A stretch of DNA of 64,000 nucleotides from Lysobacter sp. (GTDB lineage: Bacteria; Pseudomonadota; Gammaproteobacteria; Xanthomonadales; Xanthomonadaceae): the NCBI GenBank assembly GCA_027306995.1, contig DAHUXS010000018.1, positions 73,426 to 137,425 on the forward strand, written 5' to 3'. Below are positions 22,146-31,041 of the stretch, piece by piece. The stretch's first letter is position 1, and every line of letters starts with the position of its first letter. The notes beneath the pieces were generated by a model. That model saw nothing but the letters and a program-made list of their open reading frames with translations. It searched no databases and was not told the origin of the DNA. The translations under genes were made by a program, and so were the position numbers.

Positions 22146-22431
22146 TCGCCGCAGGCAAAAAAAGGGCGCCCGGAGAGGCGCCGTCGTCTCGAAATTGAAT
22201 GGCGCCCGAGGGCGTCATTCGGAATATTTGGAGGCTCCATCCCCCGCGTTTCTTCCCTGCGATGGCCTTCCATGCTGCAGGTGCGTCATGACGCGCGAAT
22301 GACACTGCTCCCGGACATGACCAAATGTTCATGTTGGGGCAAACCTGCGGGCAGCCCCGCCGGCGCACTGTGGACCCACGGTGGATGTTCCACCGCGTGT
22401 TGCACCCCCACACAGTCATGAGGAAGTTCAA

Positions 22432-22665
22432 ATGAAGCTCTCCGCCCTGCTGTTCGCCGGCCTGCTCGCTTTCGGCGCCAATGTCGCCTTTGCCCAGGAC
22501 GCTACTCCGGCGCCTGCCGCTGCCCCGGCTTCCGATGCCAAGCCGATGGCCAAGCATCATCACAAGAAGATGCACCACAAGAAGCACCACAAGATGCACA
22601 AGGCTGCCGCCGCCAAGACCGACGCCGGCATGGATGCTCCGAAGGACGCGACCCCGGCCAAGTAA
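22432..22665 (+). CDS. small secreted His/Lys-rich protein (77 aa)
   Basis: ATG at 22432 after a gaggaag RBS. Signal peptide MKLSALLFAGLLAFGANVAFA|QD. The mature part contains KHHHKKMHHKKHHKMHK. A terminator follows. Confidence 0.6.
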   Translation: MKLSALLFAGLLAFGANVAFAQDATPAPAAAPASDAKPMAKHHHKKMHHKKHHKMHKAAAAKTDAGMDAPKDATPAK

Positions 22666-22720
22666 GGGACGCGCACCCGATGCGGGGCCGCAGGGCACCC
22701 GCATCGTGGGAACCAACGAA

Positions 22721-22748
22721 CCGCCCGCCCTGCGCGGGCGGTTTCGTC
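22721..22748 (+). terminator. Rho-independent terminator after the His-rich gene
   Basis: ccgcccgc-cctgc-gcgggcgg hairpin followed by tttcgtct. Confidence 0.55.
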
Positions 22749-22766
22749 TGAAAGAACGGAGAACGG

Positions 22767-23051
22767 ATGATGTGGCGGGTGGCGTTCATCGCGATGTTGC
22801 TGGTGATGGTGGGCGCCTCGGCGCACGCCGTGCCGGTTGCCGCCCAGGTGGCCGCGAGCGAGCCTGCAGTGACGGCGGTTGATCCCGTCGATCCCGGCAA
22901 CGCCGCCGGCCATGTCCGCAAGAAAGTGGTGCGTCGCTGCGCGCGTCGCAGCCATCTCGGCATCTGCGAACGCTGGAACATGCCGAAATCGGCGATGCCG
23001 GCAAAGCCCGATCCGGGTTCCGATGCACGGAATACACCGGCAAAGCATTAA
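22767..23051 (+). CDS. small secreted protein with a Cys pair (94 aa), upstream of the response regulator
   Basis: ggagaa RBS before the ATG. Signal peptide MMWRVAFIAMLLVMVGASAHA. ..RRCARRSHLGICERW.. High GC3. Ends 33 nt before the RR gene. Confidence 0.45.
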   Translation: MMWRVAFIAMLLVMVGASAHAVPVAAQVAASEPAVTAVDPVDPGNAAGHVRKKVVRRCARRSHLGICERWNMPKSAMPAKPDPGSDARNTPAKH

Positions 23052-23084
23052 GCTCTCGGTTTCGGTCTGAAGCGGAGTTGGTGC

Positions 23085-23759
23085 ATGCGGATCCTGATCA
23101 TCGAGGACGATACGCAGACGGCGGATTTCGTCCTCAAGGGATTGCGCGAGGACGGCCATACCGTCGATGGCGCCAGTGACGGCCGCGAAGGCCTGTTCCT
23201 CGCCACCACCGAACAGTACGACGCCATTGTCATGGATCGCATGCTGCCGGCCCTCGATGGCCTGACCGTGCTGCGCACGCTGCGTGGCGCCGGCAACCGC
23301 ACGCCGGTGCTGCTGCTCACCGCGCTCGGCGATGTCGAACATCGCGTCGAAGGATTGCGCGCCGGCGCCGATGATTATCTTGCCAAGCCGTTCGCCTACG
23401 CCGAGCTGAGCGCGCGCCTCGACAGCATCGCGCGCCGCGGCAATTCCGGCGGTTCCGAACCGGTGAGGCTGAAAGTCGCCGATCTCGAGCTCGACCTGCT
23501 CAAGCGCGAAGCGGTCCGCGCCGGCAAGCGCATCGAGCTGCAACCGCGGGAATTCCGCCTGCTCGAATACCTGATGCGCCACGCCGGGCGCGTCGTCACC
23601 CGCACCATGCTGCTGGAATCGGTGTGGGACTACCACTTCGATCCGCAGACCAACGTCATCGACGTCCACATCAGCCGCCTGCGCCAGAAGATCGACAACG
23701 GCTTCGATCGTCCGCTGCTGCAAACGGTGCGCGGCGCCGGTTACCGACTGGACGGCTGA
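23085..23759 (+). CDS. OmpR/PhoB-family response regulator
   Basis: REC domain (MRILIIEDD..DAIVMDRMLPALDG..ADDYLAKPF) plus winged-helix Trans_reg_C (..LQPREFRLLEYLMRHAGRVVTR..VRGAGYRL). Confidence 0.92.
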   Translation: MRILIIEDDTQTADFVLKGLREDGHTVDGASDGREGLFLATTEQYDAIVMDRMLPALDGLTVLRTLRGAGNRTPVLLLTALGDVEHRVEGLRAGADDYLAKPFAYAELSARLDSIARRGNSGGSEPVRLKVADLELDLLKREAVRAGKRIELQPREFRLLEYLMRHAGRVVTRTMLLESVWDYHFDPQTNVIDVHISRLRQKIDNGFDRPLLQTVRGAGYRLDG

Positions 23760-23760
23760 G

Positions 23761-25128
23761 ATGGCGCCGTGGCGCTCCACCAGCCGGCGCCTGGCGTTGA
23801 TGGTGTCGGCCGCCTTCCTGCTGGCCTTCATGTTGATCGGCGCCGGCGTGTATTTCGGCGTGTCGGTCCTGCTCGAGAAGGACAGCCAGGACGTGCTGCG
23901 CCTGCAGACCGCTGGCCTCCTCGATGTCGCGCGTTCCGGCGGCATGCCGGCGTTGCGCCAGGAAGTGCAGTCGCGCACCGAGCAACCCGACGATCCCGAT
24001 AGCGCGTTCGCGTTGTGGGATGCCAATGGCCGCCTGTTGGCGGGTACCGCATTGCCGTTGCCCGCCAGTGGCGCGACCACCGCCGTCGGCACCAGCTACA
24101 GCTATGAATTTTCCGACGAGGACACCGACGACGATGCCCGCACGATGGCGCACGCCACGCCGCTGGGCGATGGCAACGTGCTGGTGGTGGCCTTGCGTAC
24201 GCGGGCACAGGACGGGTTCCGGCGGTTGATGTTGCGCACGTCGGTCGCGACCCTGGTCGCCGCCATCGCGCTCGGCATGTTGCTGGGCTGGTTGGTCTCG
24301 CGCTGGGTGACCGAACGCCTGCGCGCGCTGGATGCCACCACGCAACGCATCACCGCCGGCGACATGACGCAACGCGTTCGCGTCGACGGCAGCGGCGATG
24401 CCTTCGACCTCCTGGCCCAGCGCGTCAACAGCATGCTCGATCGCATCAACGGCTTGATGGAAGGCGTGCGCGCCGCCACCGACCATATCGCCCACGACCT
24501 GCGCACGCCGCTGACGCGCCTGCGCAACCGTCTCGACGATTTGCGCGAGGACGCGGAACCGGGATCGTCGCAACGGACCTCGCTGGATACCGCGGTCAAC
24601 GACACCGACCAGTTGCTCGGCACCTTCGCCGGCCTGCTGCGGCTGTCACGCATCGAGGCGCAATCCCTCGGGCCGGATGCGCCACGCGTACCGCTGTGGC
24701 CGTTGCTGGAAGACGCGCAGGACATGTATGCGCCGATCGCGGCGGAACGCGGCATCCGCATCGAAGTGGATGGCGAAGCCGCGGATGCGCAGGGCGATGC
24801 CGACCAGTTGTTCCAGATGGTGCTGAACCTGCTCGACAACGCGATCAAATACACGCCCGACGGCAGCATGGTGCGACTCGCCGTGCGGCCCCATGGCCCT
24901 GTCGTCGTCGTCGATGTCGCCGACCAGGGCGCCGGCATTCCCGAGGAAGACCGACTGCGCGTGTTCGATCGTTTCGAGCGCCTGGAAGCGCATCGCGGTT
25001 CGCCCGGCAGTGGGCTGGGGTTGAGCCTGGTGCGCGCGATCGCCACCCGTCACGGCGGCCGCATCGAGTTGCTCGACCACCACCCAGGCCTGCTGGTCCG
25101 GGTTACCCTTCCACGCGCCGTTGCCTGA
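23761..25128 (+). CDS. sensor histidine kinase (2 TM, HAMP, HisKA, HATPase_c)
   Basis: H-box ..ATDHIAHDLRTPLTRL.., N-box ..LLDNAIKYTP.., G-boxes ..DQGAGIP.. and ..GSGLGLSLV.. Starts 1 nt after the RR stop codon. Confidence 0.9.
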   Translation: MAPWRSTSRRLALMVSAAFLLAFMLIGAGVYFGVSVLLEKDSQDVLRLQTAGLLDVARSGGMPALRQEVQSRTEQPDDPDSAFALWDANGRLLAGTALPLPASGATTAVGTSYSYEFSDEDTDDDARTMAHATPLGDGNVLVVALRTRAQDGFRRLMLRTSVATLVAAIALGMLLGWLVSRWVTERLRALDATTQRITAGDMTQRVRVDGSGDAFDLLAQRVNSMLDRINGLMEGVRAATDHIAHDLRTPLTRLRNRLDDLREDAEPGSSQRTSLDTAVNDTDQLLGTFAGLLRLSRIEAQSLGPDAPRVPLWPLLEDAQDMYAPIAAERGIRIEVDGEAADAQGDADQLFQMVLNLLDNAIKYTPDGSMVRLAVRPHGPVVVVDVADQGAGIPEEDRLRVFDRFERLEAHRGSPGSGLGLSLVRAIATRHGGRIELLDHHPGLLVRVTLPRAVA

Positions 25129-25159
25129 CGCCAGGCTTCAAACAAACTCTTCGCCTTCC

Positions 25160-25879
25160 ATGCCCGACCCCGGACATTTCGTCGTTTTCGATTTCGACCA
25201 CACGCTCTACAACGGCGATTCCGGCAGCCACCTGTTCGCGTGGCTGATCCGTCGCAGCTGGTGGCGCCGCCTGCTGGCACTGCTGATCCTGCCGGTCGCG
25301 GGGCCGATGGTCGCGTGGCTGCCGACGCGTCGCCACGGCATTTCGGCATTCGTCTGGGTCGGAACGGTGGGGATGTATCGCAGCCGCGATCTCGACGCGC
25401 TGATCGACGAATACGTCGCGACCCACGCGGACCAGATCCGCGCCCGCCTACTACCGGATGCGCTCAAGGTGCTGCACCTGCATCGCGCCCGTGGCGATAC
25501 CGTGATCGTCGCGACCGGCGCGCCGCCGGAACTGGCGCGCGCCATCCTCGATTTCGTCGCCCACGACGACCTGCCAGTGATCGGGACCGAGATCGGGCCG
25601 CGCTTCGGTGGCGTGGTGGCGACGCGCCATTGCCATCACGAGATGAAGATGGCGATGATCCGTGATGCCGGCTACACCGCGCCGATCGATGCCGCCTACA
25701 GCGACAGCACCGCCGATCTGCCCCTGTTGCTGGCGGCGCGGCGCCCGGTGGTGGTGAATCCCAAACCCGGCTCGGTCGAGGTGTTCCGCCGCCTGTTGCG
25801 TCCGGACACGCCCATCCTCAACTGGGGTTGCCCCGGCCGCGCCGGCGATCCCGATCCTAGAGCGATGGCGCGAGGTTGA
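25160..25879 (+). CDS. HAD-IB family hydrolase/phosphatase
   Basis: Start at the ATG at 25160. Motif I is VVFDFDHTLY. ..IVATGAPPELARAIL.. and ..AYSDSTADLPLL.. fit HAD subfamily IB. Confidence 0.75.
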   Translation: MPDPGHFVVFDFDHTLYNGDSGSHLFAWLIRRSWWRRLLALLILPVAGPMVAWLPTRRHGISAFVWVGTVGMYRSRDLDALIDEYVATHADQIRARLLPDALKVLHLHRARGDTVIVATGAPPELARAILDFVAHDDLPVIGTEIGPRFGGVVATRHCHHEMKMAMIRDAGYTAPIDAAYSDSTADLPLLLAARRPVVVNPKPGSVEVFRRLLRPDTPILNWGCPGRAGDPDPRAMARG

Positions 25880-26282
25880 GGCGCAGCGTCTCGATCAGCG
25901 CGCCGATGTGCTCGCGCCAGGTTTCTTCCGACACGTCGCGGAACTCGCCGGCATCGTAATAGCGGCCGTAGCAGTTCAGGCAACTCTCGAAATGGATATG
26001 CGGCTGGGCGCTGTCCACCATGTGGATCAGTTCGCGATCGACGCAATACGGGCACGGCATCGTGCGATGGTCATCGGCGTCGTTAGGGCGATCGGCCACC
26101 ACGGCGCCGGTGTCGATCGCTTCGGCCCGGTCGCGCAGATGGGCGTAGGCGTTCATGCCCAGCCACAAGCCCTTGCACTGTTCGCAGCGCCAGGCGTCGT
26201 CTTCGGCGATCGCCAGCTTGGGCATGTTGCTGCCGCACTTGGGGCAGGTCAGGGATTTGGGAACGATGGGACTGCTGGACAT
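25857..26282 (-). CDS. double zinc-ribbon (zf-TFIIB-like) protein
   Basis: Two CxxC...CxxC units: CPKCGSNM..RCEQCKGLWLG and CPYCVDREL..ESCLNCYGRYYDAGEF. Lies 2 nt downstream of the GNAT gene. Confidence 0.7.
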   Translation of the reverse strand: MSSSPIVPKSLTCPKCGSNMPKLAIAEDDAWRCEQCKGLWLGMNAYAHLRDRAEAIDTGAVVADRPNDADDHRTMPCPYCVDRELIHMVDSAQPHIHFESCLNCYGRYYDAGEFRDVSEETWREHIGALIETLRLNLAPSL

Positions 26283-26284
26283 GT

Positions 26285-26752
26285 TCAGGCGGCGCCGAGG
26301 TATTTGACGAAACGGACAGTGCCGTCGCTGTAATTGTTGTCGCGGTAGAACTTGTGGGCGTCGGTACGCTGCGATCCGCTGGTCAGCTCGATGCGGGCGG
26401 CGCCGGCGGCGCGCGCGCGGCGCTCGGCCTCGCGCAGCAGCTGGCGACCGATGCCGCGCCCCTGCGCCTCCGTCGTCACCACCAGCGCGGTGATGCGGCA
26501 GGTGGTCGTGTCCAGCGGCAGGTAGTACATGAAATCGAGGGCGATCAGGCCGGAGACCGCGCCATCGGAACCGCGCGCCAGCACCAGCGTCTGGCGGTCG
26601 TTCTCGATGATGGTAAGGATGCGGTTGGCCGCGTCATGGCGATCACAGGGATAGCCAAGCGTGGTCAGCAGGGAGGCGACGTCCTCGGCATCCATCACCG
26701 AGGCCAACCGCAGGTCGGCCTCGGGCAGGGCGCCGTATGGATCGCGGGTCAC
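26285..26752 (-). CDS. GNAT family N-acetyltransferase
   Basis: 155 aa, GTG start. Acetyl-CoA motif ..LVVTTEAQGRGIGRQLLREAERRARAAGA.. Confidence 0.85.
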   Translation of the reverse strand: MTRDPYGALPEADLRLASVMDAEDVASLLTTLGYPCDRHDAANRILTIIENDRQTLVLARGSDGAVSGLIALDFMYYLPLDTTTCRITALVVTTEAQGRGIGRQLLREAERRARAAGAARIELTSGSQRTDAHKFYRDNNYSDGTVRFVKYLGAA

Positions 26753-26755
26753 GCC

Positions 26756-27445
26756 TCAGCGGCTGCCGTAGAGGACGATGGTCTTGCCGCGGGCGTGGAG
26801 CAGGCCGTCGGCCTGCAGCTTCTTCAGCACGCGGCCGGCCATTTCGCGCGAGCAGCCGACCAGACGGGCGATTTCCTGGCGGGAAATGCGCAGCTGGGTG
26901 CCCTGCGGATGGGTCATCGCCTCCGGTTCCTGCGCCAGGTCGTGCAGGGTGCGGACGATGCGGTCGGTGACGTCGAGGAAGGCCAGGCGGCCGGCCTTGC
27001 GCCCGGTATCGCGCAGGCGGCGGGTTAGCTGGGCGCCGATCGCGAACAGGATCTTGGGGGAGTCCGCGGCCAGCTCGCCTGTCAGCAGCTGGGTCAGGTG
27101 CTCGTAGCTGATTTCGGCCAGCTCGGTCTGGGTGCGGGTGCGCAGGGTGACTTCGCGGCGCTCGGAATGGATGTAAAGGCCCATTTCGCCGACGAATTCG
27201 CCCTTGCCGTAGTAGCCCAGGATCAGCTCGTGGCCATCCTCTTCCTCGGTCAGGATGCTGACCGAGCCATCCAGGACGTAATAGAGGGTGCTGGCCGGGT
27301 CGCCGGGACGGAAGACGTCGACCCGGGACGGATAGCGGTGGCGCTGGCAACGGGACAGGAACCTGTCGACTGTCGCGGCATCGAGGGACAACGGGCTCGC
27401 GGGAAGGCGTTGGGCACCGATTTGCGACAGGGCGTGGTAGTTCAT
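26756..27445 (-). CDS. clp: CRP/FNR-family global regulator (Xanthomonad Clp-like)
   Basis: Start at the ATG at 27445. cNMP-binding domain (..YYVLDGSVSILTEEEDGHELILGYYGKGEFVGEMG..) and C-terminal HTH (..ISRQEIARLVGCSREMAGRVLKKLQADGLL..). Confidence 0.9.
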   Translation of the reverse strand: MNYHALSQIGAQRLPASPLSLDAATVDRFLSRCQRHRYPSRVDVFRPGDPASTLYYVLDGSVSILTEEEDGHELILGYYGKGEFVGEMGLYIHSERREVTLRTRTQTELAEISYEHLTQLLTGELAADSPKILFAIGAQLTRRLRDTGRKAGRLAFLDVTDRIVRTLHDLAQEPEAMTHPQGTQLRISRQEIARLVGCSREMAGRVLKKLQADGLLHARGKTIVLYGSR

Positions 27446-27644
27446 TCTGAACCGTATGGCATGAAATCTTCCCAAGAGTATGGCGAAGAATTGTCCACGG
27501 CAACTCGTGACCGCCACCTGCGGTCACACATGGATTCATGACGGGGTTCCGTTCAGGTTCGCGATGGCTGTCATGGCGCCGCGGTTTCGGCGGGGGGAGG
27601 TTTGCCTCATAATCGCCGCCTTGCCGGATCCTTAAGGCCCGCTG

Positions 27645-28436
27645 GTGATCAAGCCGCTGCCCCGTTTGAAGCTGCAAGGCTTCAACAATCTCACCAAATC
27701 GCTCAGCTTCAACATCTACGACGTCTGCTATGCGGCGTCGGAAGACGAGCGCAAGCGCTACATCGAATACATCGACGAACAGTACGATGCCGACCGCCTG
27801 ACCCAGATCCTGACGGACGTGGCGGAGATCATCGGTGCCAACATCCTCAATATCGCGCGCCAGGACTACGATCCGCAGGGCGCGTCGGTGACCATCCTCA
27901 TTTCCGAGGAACCGGTGATCGACAAGGCCGATGCCAAGGGCGTGATTTCCGACGCGGTGGTCGCCCACCTCGACAAGTCGCACATCACCGTGCACACCTA
28001 TCCGGAAACGCATCCGGACAACGGCATCGCGACCTTCCGCGCCGACATCGACGTGTCGACCTGCGGCGTGATTTCGCCGCTGAAGGCCCTGAACTACCTG
28101 ATCGAAAGCTTCGAGTCGGACATCGTCGTCGCCGATTACCGCGTGCGCGGCTTCACCCGCGACATCAAGGGCAAGAAGCACTTCATCGACCACAAGATCA
28201 ATTCGATCCAGGACTACCTGGCCAAGAACATCAAGTCGCGCTACGAAATGCTCGACGTGAACGTCTACCAGGAAAACCTGTTCCACACCAAGATGCATCT
28301 CAAGGAATTCGACCTTGATACGTATCTGTTCGAGGAGAAGGCCAAGAACCTCTCCTTCAAGGAACGGATGAAGATCGAGGCGCGCCTGAAGCGCGAGATC
28401 GAGGAGCTCTACCAGGGCCGCAACCTGGTCGAATGA
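27645..28436 (+). CDS. speD: S-adenosylmethionine decarboxylase proenzyme (class 1B, SpeD)
   Basis: GTG start. ..[22 protein letters not shown].. and ..[16 protein letters not shown].. (self-processing site region) are canonical. Confidence 0.93.
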   Translation: MIKPLPRLKLQGFNNLTKSLSFNIYDVCYAASEDERKRYIEYIDEQYDADRLTQILTDVAEIIGANILNIARQDYDPQGASVTILISEEPVIDKADAKGVISDAVVAHLDKSHITVHTYPETHPDNGIATFRADIDVSTCGVISPLKALNYLIESFESDIVVADYRVRGFTRDIKGKKHFIDHKINSIQDYLAKNIKSRYEMLDVNVYQENLFHTKMHLKEFDLDTYLFEEKAKNLSFKERMKIEARLKREIEELYQGRNLVE

Positions 28437-28444
28437 TCCATCAA

Positions 28445-28470
28445 GAAGCCGGCGCAAGCCGGCTTCGTTG
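28445..28470. terminator. bidirectional terminator hairpin between speD and coq7
   Basis: gaagccggc-gcaa-gccggcttc, perfect 9-bp stem. Confidence 0.6.
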
Positions 28471-28479
28471 CATGCGGCA

Positions 28480-29118
28480 TCAGACTCTGTAAGCCACCGT
28501 CTTCATCAGCCAGCTGGCGGCCGCCATCACTTTCGGGATCGGGAACGGCAACTTGCGCGCCCCGGCAGCCTCGGCGGCATCGGCGTGGCGGGCCTCGTCA
28601 GCCTTCATTGTCTGCAGGATGGCGCGGCTGCGCGCATCGGCGGCCGGCAGTTCCTGCAAATGCTCGTCGAGGTGGGCTTCGACCTGGCGTTCGGTCTCGA
28701 CCACGAAGCCGAGGTTCCAGCCATCCCCGCGCAGGCCGGCCAGGGCGCCGATGGCGTAGCTGCCGGCGTACCACAGCGGGTTGAACAGGCTGGGGCGGCT
28801 GTCGAGTTCCTGCAGCCGATCCGCGCACCAGGCGAGGTGATCGGTTTCCTCCTGCGCGGAATGCAGCAGGTGGGAGCGGGTCGCGGGGTCGCGGGCGACC
28901 GCGGCCTGGCCGAGGTAGAGCGCCTGGGCGCAGACCTCGCCGACGTGGTTGATGCGCATCAGCCCGGCGGCGTGGCGGCGCTCGGGCTCGTCCAGCACCA
29001 GGTCGGCTTCGCCGTCGCCGGGATTGGCGCGTTCGGCGACCGGATGCCCGGCCACCGTCTGCACGGCGTTCTGGGCGTCGGCGAGCAGGGCGTCGAGGGT
29101 GGAAGGCTGGCGGAACAT
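28480..29118 (-). CDS. coq7: demethoxyubiquinone hydroxylase (Coq7 family di-iron)
   Basis: Start at the ATG at 29118. ..[18 protein letters not shown].. and ..EETDHLAWC.. / ..ADEARHAD.. are ExxH di-iron motifs. Confidence 0.9.
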   Translation of the reverse strand: MFRQPSTLDALLADAQNAVQTVAGHPVAERANPGDGEADLVLDEPERRHAAGLMRINHVGEVCAQALYLGQAAVARDPATRSHLLHSAQEETDHLAWCADRLQELDSRPSLFNPLWYAGSYAIGALAGLRGDGWNLGFVVETERQVEAHLDEHLQELPAADARSRAILQTMKADEARHADAAEAAGARKLPFPIPKVMAAASWLMKTVAYRV

Positions 29119-29251
29119 GGCCGGATTGTTGCACGGCCCCGGAATCCGGGCTATCATCCCGCCTCTTTCGTCCCCGATTCGCACATCGCGTGGTGAAGTT
29201 CCGGCCCCGGAACCAGCCCGACCATGTACCGATCACACAGAGTCAATGCTC

Positions 29252-29680
29252 ATGAAGACCTTTTCTGCCAAAGCTGACAACGTGCAGCAAGATTGGTACG
29301 TGGTGGATGCCGAAGGGCAGACCCTCGGCCGCCTCTGCGTCGAACTGGCGCACCGCCTGCGCGGCAAGCACAAGCCGACCTATACCCCGCACATGGATAC
29401 CGGCGACTACCTCGTCGTGATCAATGCCGAGAAGATCGTGGTGACCGGCAAGAAATTGACGGACAAGAAGTACCACCGCTTCACCGGCTACATCGGCAAC
29501 CTCAAGACCGAAACCCTGGGCCAGGCGCTGGAGCGCCACCCGGAACGCGTCATCGAAATCGCCGTCAAGGGCATGCTGCCGAAGAATCCGCTCGGTCGCG
29601 CGATGTACCGCAAGCTCAAGGTCTACGCAGGCTCCGAGCATCCGCACGCTGCCCAGCAGCCCAAGCCGCTGTCCTTCTGA
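29252..29680 (+). CDS. rplM: 50S ribosomal protein L13
   Basis: 142 aa. [28 protein letters not shown].. is canonical. Confidence 0.97.
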   Translation: MKTFSAKADNVQQDWYVVDAEGQTLGRLCVELAHRLRGKHKPTYTPHMDTGDYLVVINAEKIVVTGKKLTDKKYHRFTGYIGNLKTETLGQALERHPERVIEIAVKGMLPKNPLGRAMYRKLKVYAGSEHPHAAQQPKPLSF

Positions 29681-29688
29681 GAACTCAC

Positions 29689-30081
29689 ATGGCTATCCAG
29701 CAGAATTACGGCACCGGCCGTCGCAAGTCCTCCACCGCTCGCGTGTTCCTGCGCAAGGGTCAGGGCAACATCACCATCAACGGTCGTTCGATCGATGAGT
29801 TCTTCGGCCGCGAAACCGCACGCATGATCGTGCGCCAGCCGCTCGAGCTCACCCAGTCGACCGACAAGTTCGACGTCGTCGTCACCGCCACCGGCGGCGG
29901 CACCACCGGCCAGGCCGGCGCCATTCGCCTCGGCATCGCCCGCGCGCTGGTCGAGTACGACGAATCGCTGAAGTCCGAACTGCGCAAGGCCGGCTTCATG
30001 ACCCGTGACGCCCGTGAAGTCGAGCGCAAGAAGGTCGGCCTGCACAAGGCACGTCGCGCAACGCAGTACTCGAAGCGCTAA
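29689..30081 (+). CDS. rpsI: 30S ribosomal protein S9
   Basis: 130 aa ending ..[14 protein letters not shown]. Confidence 0.97.
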   Translation: MAIQQNYGTGRRKSSTARVFLRKGQGNITINGRSIDEFFGRETARMIVRQPLELTQSTDKFDVVVTATGGGTTGQAGAIRLGIARALVEYDESLKSELRKAGFMTRDAREVERKKVGLHKARRATQYSKR

Positions 30082-30093
30082 AATACGTTTCAT

Positions 30094-30168
30094 AGCCCGT
30101 TCGCCAAGCGGTAAGGCACCTGACTCTGACTCAGGCATTCGGAGGTTCGAATCCTTCACGGGCTGCCA
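30094..30168 (+). tRNA. tRNA-Gln (anticodon CUG)
   Basis: Hand-folded cloverleaf. Acceptor AGCCCGT/ACGGGCT. D-arm GCCAAGCGGTAAGGCA identical to E. coli tRNA-Gln. Anticodon stem CCTGA/TCAGG with loop CTCTGAC. T-arm GGAGG-TTCGAAT-CCTTC. Encoded CCA. Confidence 0.9.
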
Positions 30169-30193
30169 CACACCAACCGGTTCGCCGGACGCA

Positions 30194-30217
30194 AAAGCCC
30201 GCCTCGGCGGGCTTTTC
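30194..30217 (+). terminator. Rho-independent terminator after tRNA-Gln
   Basis: aaaagcccgcc-tc-ggcgggctttt. Confidence 0.7.
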
Positions 30218-30232
30218 GCGTTTTATAGTGGG

Positions 30233-30988
30233 ATGAACATGAGCGACATCAGCTTCCCACCACCGTACACGCCACTGGCGCGACTCCACGAAGCCGTGCG
30301 CACGCGGGGTTTCGCGGTGTTGTCGCCGACGGATGTCGCGGCATTGACCGGTGTCGACGCGGGTGCATTCGATGCATTGCTGCCGTCGTGGAGTCGCCTT
30401 GAACCCGATGGCTATCTGCGCGATGGCGGGCGCTATCGCCGTCGCCGTCATTCCAGTTTCATTGTTGAAAACGATGCCTTGGCGTTGCAGCCGCATCGGG
30501 CGCACTGGCAGCCGGTGGAATACAACGCGTTGCATGGCGGCATGCAGCGCTGGTTCGAGCCGGTGGAAGAGGCGACGTGCGCGCAATCGGCGTGGTCGAA
30601 GCTGTTGCTGGCGCTTGCATCCTCCTGCAGTGCGCTCGCCGCGAATCCGCCGCGCTGGCACGTCGAGGCGCACCAGTTCCGCATCGATACCGCCGATGGC
30701 ATCGGCCGGCCGACGCCGGAAGGCGCGCATCGCGATGGCGTCGATTTCGTCGCGGTGCTGCTGGTCGGACGCGAGGACATCATCGGCGGCGAGACGCGGG
30801 TATTCGATGTCGCCGGTCCCGATGGTCAGCGTTTCACCCTCGATGCGCCGTGGAGTCTGTTGTTCATGGAGGATGCGCGCGTCATCCATGAGTCGACCCC
30901 GATCCGTCCGCGCCGGGGCGCGACATCCGGCCATCGCGACACCCTGGTGGTGACGTATCGCGCCAGCGGTTTCCTTGGCAGCGATTGA
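30233..30988 (+). CDS. 2OG-Fe(II) dioxygenase family protein (PF10014-like, amino-acid hydroxylase-type)
   Basis: MNMSDISFPP.. The putative facial triad is visible: ..PEGAHRDGVDFV.. (HxD) and ..ARVIHESTPI.. (distal His). Confidence 0.7.
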   Translation: MNMSDISFPPPYTPLARLHEAVRTRGFAVLSPTDVAALTGVDAGAFDALLPSWSRLEPDGYLRDGGRYRRRRHSSFIVENDALALQPHRAHWQPVEYNALHGGMQRWFEPVEEATCAQSAWSKLLLALASSCSALAANPPRWHVEAHQFRIDTADGIGRPTPEGAHRDGVDFVAVLLVGREDIIGGETRVFDVAGPDGQRFTLDAPWSLLFMEDARVIHESTPIRPRRGATSGHRDTLVVTYRASGFLGSD

Positions 30989-31041
30989 AAAGTTACAATT
31001 GAAACCAACGACACATCCATCATTTTGAGTCTGAGGGCGCG

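Noticed and set aside
22146-22431. Structured 285-nt leader between rpe and the His-rich gene as a riboswitch or sRNA. It contains hairpins near 22165-22185, 22196-22220 and 22376-22394.
   Set aside because: The hairpins are compatible with an rpe terminator plus ordinary leader structure. I recognise no known riboswitch consensus, and conservation cannot be assessed without comparison.
25857-26752. GNAT plus small downstream protein as a GNAT-type toxin-antitoxin pair.
   Set aside because: Known GNAT toxins pair with an upstream RHH/DUF1778 antitoxin. Here the partner is downstream, is a double zinc-ribbon protein, and the pair sits in the clp operon.
27446-27644. Searched the clp-speD divergent intergenic region, and other promoters, for Clp/CRP boxes (TGTGA-N6-TCACA).
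   Set aside because: Only half-site-like fragments were seen (for example gtcacaca near 27526). No convincing palindrome.
30094-30168. tRNA-Gln as an integration site for the AT-rich island.
   Set aside because: The tRNA is 4.8 kb from the island border, with core genes (fahA, maiA, pilU-like, DUF465, CBS) in between. No integrase and no direct repeat of the tRNA 3' end was seen.
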